Below are positions 27,497 to 32,000 of a DNA stretch of 32,000 nt, in pieces. This DNA comes from Candidatus Saccharimonadota bacterium (GTDB lineage: Bacteria > Bacteroidota > Bacteroidia > Flavobacteriales > Blattabacteriaceae), in the NCBI RefSeq assembly GCF_014251775.1, contig NZ_CP059199.1, positions 240,001-272,000 of the forward strand. The letters are read 5' to 3'. The first letter of the stretch is position 1; every line of letters begins with the position of its first letter. A model generated the notes under the pieces. That model saw only the letters and a program-made list of their open reading frames with translations. It had not been told where the DNA came from and ran no database searches. The position numbers and the translations under genes are program-made.

Positions 27497-28222
27497 ATGA
27501 AAAAAAAAGTTATATATTTTGAATATATAAAAGAAAAAGATTATAGATATACTTGGCAATATCAAAAAAAAATATTTAATAAAATAATTGAAAAAAAAAT
27601 CACAAATGATATTAATTTTATAAAAACTACAAACAATGTAGGATTTTTATTATTTGTAGAATACAATAAACATATTTATACTATTGGAAAAAATGGAAAA
27701 GAGAAAAAAAATTTATTAGTAACATCAAATTTTTTAAAAGAAAAGAATGCTACCCTTTATAAGGTAGATAGAGGAGGTGATATTACTTATCACGGTCCTG
27801 GACAACTAGTTATTTATCCTATTATAGATTTAAATTATTTTTTTATGGATATCCATAAGTATGTTCGCTATTTAGAAGAAGTCATTATTGAATCATTAAA
27901 TATTGGATATAATATAAAAGGAATCCGAGAAAATGGAAAAACTGGTATTTGGATTAATAAAAAAGGAGAACCAAGAAAAATATGTTCAATAGGTATTAAA
28001 GTTAGTCGTTGGGTAACAATGCATGGATTAGCATTTAATATAAATACAGATTTACAATATTTTGAATATATTATTCCTTGCGGAATTCATAATAGAAAAA
28101 TGACTTCATTAAAAAATGAATTACAATTAAAAAATACCAATGAATCATTGCTTTTTTATGAAGCATCACAAATTATAAAAAAATCTTTCAAAAATATTTT
28201 TCAAATTGAATTAATGGAATGA
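27497..28222 (+). CDS. lipB: Lipoyl(octanoyl) transferase
   Basis: Motifs VDRGGDITYHGPGQLVIYPI, KICSIGIKVSRWVTMHG and IIPCG are present. Confidence 0.92.
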   Translation: MKKKVIYFEYIKEKDYRYTWQYQKKIFNKIIEKKITNDINFIKTTNNVGFLLFVEYNKHIYTIGKNGKEKKNLLVTSNFLKEKNATLYKVDRGGDITYHGPGQLVIYPIIDLNYFFMDIHKYVRYLEEVIIESLNIGYNIKGIRENGKTGIWINKKGEPRKICSIGIKVSRWVTMHGLAFNINTDLQYFEYIIPCGIHNRKMTSLKNELQLKNTNESLLFYEASQIIKKSFKNIFQIELME

Positions 28223-29497
28223 TTCCACTAAAATTACTCCATTTTTATCTATTTCCAATAAAATAACATTCTGCATAGAATTTTCATATTTTAAATATGG
28301 ATCAAAAATTTTAGTTCTGATATAATTTTCTGTATAACCATATAAAAATGGTTTATTTTTTGATTGTTTTTCAAATAAAACCGTTTTTTTTGTTTTAATT
28401 TGTTCTTTACAAAAAGAATAATATTTTTTATTAGAAAGTATTTTCAAAATTTTATTTCTTTTTCTTTTAATATTATTAGGAATTTGTTCTAAAAAATTTA
28501 TGGATTTAGTATTAGGTCGAGAAGAATAGGTAAAAATATGCATATATGATATATCTAATTTTTTCAAAAAAAAATATGTATCTAAGAAATGATTATAGGT
28601 TTCTCCAGGAAATCCCACAATAACATCCGATCCTATATAAGCATTTGGAATTAGGTTTCGTATTTTATTTATTTTATTTTCATATAATTCTCTTTGATAA
28701 CGTCTTTGCATTTTTCCTAAAAGAAAATTATTTCCAGATTGTAATGGAATATGAAAATGAGGAACAAAATATTTACTTTTAGATAAAAATTCTATTAATT
28801 CGTCTTTCAAAAGATTCGGTTCTATTGAAGATAAACGAATTCTAATATTTTCAATATTTATATTTTCTATAATATATTGTTCTATATATTGAATTAATTC
28901 AAAAAAATTATAAATTTTTCCCTTATTATTTGTACCTCTATAATCACCAATATTAACCCCAGTCAACACAATTTCTTTTATACCATTTTTCAATAAAAAA
29001 TTAATATTTTTGGATATATTTTCTATTCTATCAGAAATAGATTTTCCTCTTGAAAACGGAATAATGCAATAGCTGCATTTATAATTACATCCATCTTGGA
29101 TTTTTAGAAATGAACGAGTTCTTTTTCCAAAAGAAAAAGAAGAATAAAATAATTTTTTATCTTTTTTATTTTTAACTTCAACATTTATATCACTAATAAT
29201 ATCAACAATATTGAATTTATCATCATTATTTAATACTCTATCGACTCCATATATAGATGATACTTTTTTAGGATTATATTGAGCATAGCAACCCATTGCT
29301 ATTACAATAGATTGAGGGTTTCTTCTTTTTACGGAACGAACAATATATTTAAATTCATTTTCAGCATTTTCTGTTACACAACAACTATTGATAATATAAA
29401 CATCTGCATAATCCTTAAAAGATACATTTTTATAATTTTTTTTAGAAAAACTTCTTTCTATAGTTGAAGTTTCTGCGTAGTTCAATTTACATCCCAT
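28211..29497 (-). CDS. mtaB: tRNA (N6-threonylcarbamoyladenosine37) methylthiotransferase MtaB (radical SAM). The true 5' end may lie at 29535 (see findings).
   Basis: The N-terminal MTTase motif is (AFHT)MGCKLNYAETS. The radical-SAM cluster motif is GCNYKCSYCIIP. The 428-aa length is MtaB-like. The conserved codons KKKINIAFHT lie in frame upstream of the first ATG. Confidence 0.88.
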   Translation of the reverse strand: MGCKLNYAETSTIERSFSKKNYKNVSFKDYADVYIINSCCVTENAENEFKYIVRSVKRRNPQSIVIAMGCYAQYNPKKVSSIYGVDRVLNNDDKFNIVDIISDINVEVKNKKDKKLFYSSFSFGKRTRSFLKIQDGCNYKCSYCIIPFSRGKSISDRIENISKNINFLLKNGIKEIVLTGVNIGDYRGTNNKGKIYNFFELIQYIEQYIIENINIENIRIRLSSIEPNLLKDELIEFLSKSKYFVPHFHIPLQSGNNFLLGKMQRRYQRELYENKINKIRNLIPNAYIGSDVIVGFPGETYNHFLDTYFFLKKLDISYMHIFTYSSRPNTKSINFLEQIPNNIKRKRNKILKILSNKKYYSFCKEQIKTKKTVLFEKQSKNKPFLYGYTENYIRTKIFDPYLKYENSMQNVILLEIDKNGVILVESFH

Positions 29498-29543
29498 TGT
29501 ATGGAATGCTATATTTATTTTTTTTTTTTATTCATTTTTCATT

Positions 29544-30176
29544 TTAGGAAAAATAATCTATTATACCATCATGATTAGCTTTTATAGATTTTTTTCCAAT
29601 TTTCCAATTAGCTGGACAAACTTCACCACTCTTTTCGAAGTATTGAATAGCATCTATCATACGTAATGATTCGTTGATATTCCTACCTAAAGGTAGATCA
29701 TTAATTAAAATATGTCGTATAATTCCTTTTTTATCTATTAAAAATAATCCTCTATAAGCAATTAATTCACCTTCAGCTTTTATTATATTATTACTAGAAT
29801 CACAAATTATATTTCCAGATAATACTCCATAATTATATGATATAGTTTTATTTATATCTGAAACAATAGGATAAGTAATTCCAAGTATTCCACCTTTATC
29901 TTTAGACATTTGCAACCAGGTCCAATGAGAATATTCCGTATCTGTTGATACAGCAATAATTTCTGTATTTCTTTTCTTAAAATCATTTATTTTTTCCTGG
30001 AAAGCATGCATCTCAGTAGGACATACGAAAGTGAAATCTTTTGGATAAAAAAAAAGTATTATATATTTCTTGCCTAAGAACTGTTTTATAGTAAAATTTT
30101 TTACAATATCTTTTCCATTTAAAACAGCACTAGCAACAAAATCAGGTGCTTTTTTCGAAATTAATGTTTTCATCAA
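29544..30176 (-). CDS. ahpC: Peroxiredoxin, typical 2-Cys (AhpC/Tsa family)
   Basis: The peroxidatic Cys motif is DFTFVCPTE and the resolving Cys motif is GEVCPANW. Confidence 0.93.
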   Translation of the reverse strand: MMKTLISKKAPDFVASAVLNGKDIVKNFTIKQFLGKKYIILFFYPKDFTFVCPTEMHAFQEKINDFKKRNTEIIAVSTDTEYSHWTWLQMSKDKGGILGITYPIVSDINKTISYNYGVLSGNIICDSSNNIIKAEGELIAYRGLFLIDKKGIIRHILINDLPLGRNINESLRMIDAIQYFEKSGEVCPANWKIGKKSIKANHDGIIDYFS

Positions 30177-30231
30177 TCAATTATTTTATTTTTACTAATT
30201 TAAAAAAAAATTATAATATAAAATATAAAAA

Positions 30232-32000
30232 TTATCCATATCCATTTAATTTTTTATCAATATTATTTTTTATTTTAGTTAAATATATAATCTTTCTCAA
30301 AGATAGATTATTATTATTGAAATTTTCAATTTCTTTTTGAATTAATACCATAATATATATTAATTTATATCTAAGTAAAATTTCATTTAAATATTGATAA
30401 AATGTGATTTCATCAGAATTATATATTATACCTTTTTCATTAATGTTATTAAAATCATCATAATTATGATAATGATTTAATACGATTTTTTTTAAACTGA
30501 TATTATAATTTTCTTCCGATTTATATTTATAACTTATTTTTTCAAAAATTTCTTGATTTTTTTTTGATAAAAAACGAATTTTCCAAAATTTAAAAGTATT
30601 TAATATTATTGAAGTAACATTATTATTAAATTTTTTTATTACATTTTTTCCATATTTCACAATCATTCGCATTAATTCATTCTCAATATTAGTATATATT
30701 ATATTTTTTTTTACTTGTTTAACAACACATTTAACATAATTAATGGATTTAACCGGGTTAACGGATATTTTTTCTAGTTCATTAATTAAAATTTCTTTAC
30801 TAATGTTAAATCTTTTAGATATCTCTTGTAAATATAATTCTTTTTGAAGAACATTATTGATCTTGGATATACTACTTAAAACATTAAAAATTAATAAATA
30901 TTTTTTAAATACATCATTGTTATGATATTTTTCATATACTTTCTGTTTAAATGAAATAAAATTATGACTATTTTTCTTTATAAAATCTTTTAATTTCTTA
31001 GAAGAATAATATTTTTTGGATATAGAATCAGGATCTTCACCTTTGGAAAGAAATACTATTCTTAAATTGATTTCTTGTTCCAAGAAAAAATTAATTATTC
31101 TTAAAGAAGATTTAATTCCCGAAAAATCTCCATCATAAAAAAGAATAATATTTTTTGTGAATTTTTTTATCAACAATATTTGATTAACATTTATAGATAT
31201 ACCAGAAGTAGAAACTACATTTTTTATTCCAGATTGATGCAAAGAAATAACATCTGTATATCCTTCTACTAAAAAACAACTGTTTTCTCTCAAAATAGAA
31301 CTTTTAGCCTGAAATAATCCATATAACATTTTACTCTTTTTAAAAATATCGCTTTCTGGTGAGTTTATATATTTAGTAATTCTAATGCTAGAGTTAGTAG
31401 AATTATTCAATTCTAAATATCTTCCGCCAAAACCAATAATTTTTCCTGATAAAGAATGAATTGGAAACATTATTCTATTTCTAAAACGATCAAAAATTTT
31501 GCAATTTTTAGAAAAAACCAATCCCGATTTAATCAGATAATTAGACTTTAATCCATTTTTTAAAGAATTTTTTGTAAATCTCATCCATGAATTTGAAGCA
31601 TATCCTAACTCAAATTTCTTTATTATTTCTAAATTAAATCCTCTATCATTCATCAAGTAATTTAATCCATATTTTAATCCTTCTTTATTAAATAATTCAC
31701 TGATAAAAAAATATTTAGCATATTTTTGTATACGATATAGTTTTTCTTTTATAGAATTTTCTTTCTTTTGAAAGAATTTTTTTTCTTTAATTAAAACATT
31801 ATATTTTTTGGCTAAATAATGCAATGATTCTACATAAGAAAATCGTTCATATTCCATAAGGAATGTAATAATATTCCCACCTTTTCCTGAACTAAAATCC
31901 TTCCATATTTTTTTTATAGGAGAGACGATGAATGAAGGATTTTTCTCTTCTGAAAAAGGGCTAAGTCCTCTATAATTTGATCCACTTTTTTTTAATTCTA
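30232..32000 (-). CDS. dnaG: DNA primase DnaG (N-terminus lies beyond the right window edge)
   Basis: The frame stays open upstream of the track ATG (31857) to the window end: ...ELKKSGSNYRGLSPFSEEKNPSFIVSPIKKIWKDFSSGKGGNIITFLMEYERF... It has an RNA-polymerase core (FRNRIMFPI, GFGGR) and Toprim motifs (FLVEGYTDVISL, ILFYDGDFSGIKS). Confidence 0.93.
   Translation of the reverse strand, partial: ELKKSGSNYRGLSPFSEEKNPSFIVSPIKKIWKDFSSGKGGNIITFLMEYERFSYVESLHYLAKKYNVLIKEKKFFQKKENSIKEKLYRIQKYAKYFFISELFNKEGLKYGLNYLMNDRGFNLEIIKKFELGYASNSWMRFTKNSLKNGLKSNYLIKSGLVFSKNCKIFDRFRNRIMFPIHSLSGKIIGFGGRYLELNNSTNSSIRITKYINSPESDIFKKSKMLYGLFQAKSSILRENSCFLVEGYTDVISLHQSGIKNVVSTSGISINVNQILLIKKFTKNIILFYDGDFSGIKSSLRIINFFLEQEINLRIVFLSKGEDPDSISKKYYSSKKLKDFIKKNSHNFISFKQKVYEKYHNNDVFKKYLLIFNVLSSISKINNVLQKELYLQEISKRFNISKEILINELEKISVNPVKSINYVKCVVKQVKKNIIYTNIENELMRMIVKYGKNVIKKFNNNVTSIILNTFKFWKIRFLSKKNQEIFEKISYKYKSEENYNISLKKIVLNHYHNYDDFNNINEKGIIYNSDEITFYQYLNEILLRYKLIYIMVLIQKEIENFNNNNLSLRKIIYLTKIKNNIDKKLNGYG

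Noticed and set aside
29279-29467. 62-aa ORF antisense to mtaB
   Set aside because: It is nested in the MtaB CDS and looks like a compositional artefact.
30146-30340. 64-aa ORF spanning the ahpC start, the dnaG end and the spacer, on the plus strand
   Set aside because: It overlaps two well-supported minus-strand genes. It is low-complexity F/I/L/K sequence with no motif.
1-32000. Alternative genetic code (UGA as Trp), as in some tiny symbiont genomes
   Set aside because: All conserved genes are intact under code 11. Trp positions are TGG. TGA is the in-frame stop closing the ruvA, cvpA, mvaD and YtxH-like ORFs, and those ORFs have lengths typical of their families.
1-32000. Search for a defence, mobile or otherwise accessory island (CRISPR repeats, integrase or transposase, toxin-antitoxin pairs, restriction-modification, long repeats)
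   Set aside because: Every sizeable ORF has a housekeeping assignment or is a small membrane or orphan protein. I saw no repeat arrays, no composition shift, and no tRNA-adjacent insertion: both tRNAs are flanked directly by core genes. I therefore do not claim a novel system in this window.

Overview
The window is extremely AT-rich and tightly packed, with spacers mostly under 100 bp and several overlapping or abutting genes. The proteins are rich in Lys, Asn and Ile. The gene set and the order murC-ftsQ-ftsA-ftsZ look Bacteroidota-like. I read it as core chromosome of a genome-reduced Flavobacteriales insect endosymbiont, Blattabacterium-like. Retention of murB, murC and uppP argues against a Sulcia-type genome, but this assignment is inference from content, not a database hit. 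I call 31 protein-coding genes, two of them truncated by the window edges (murC at the left, dnaG at the right). They cover cell division, peptidoglycan, tRNA synthetases, RNA modification, replication and repair, transport, and single steps of cofactor and isoprenoid metabolism. I also call 2 tRNAs (Gln-UUG, His-GUG), 2 clear intrinsic terminators, one 17-bp tandem duplication, and four low-confidence Bacteroidetes-type -7 promoter boxes. Standard code 11 fits: TGG encodes Trp, and TGA is used as a stop in ruvA, cvpA, mvaD and the YtxH-like gene. I found no rRNA, CRISPR array, transposase, integrase, phage gene or recognisable defence gene. I do not see a novel multi-gene system here. What merits a second look are single-gene oddities typical of reductive evolution. 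(1) The conserved N-terminus of mtaB is separated from an upstream ATG by an A12 tract. (2) A CodA-like amidohydrolase is reduced to its barrel core and appears to carry HxxQ where deaminases have HxxE. (3) ftsQ is truncated. (4) ftsZ has a degenerate C-terminal peptide, a G9 run, and its stop codon inside a terminator loop. (5) The dnaG zinc-ribbon region has no Cys or His ligands. (6) Many homopolymers of 10 nt or more lie inside CDSs.
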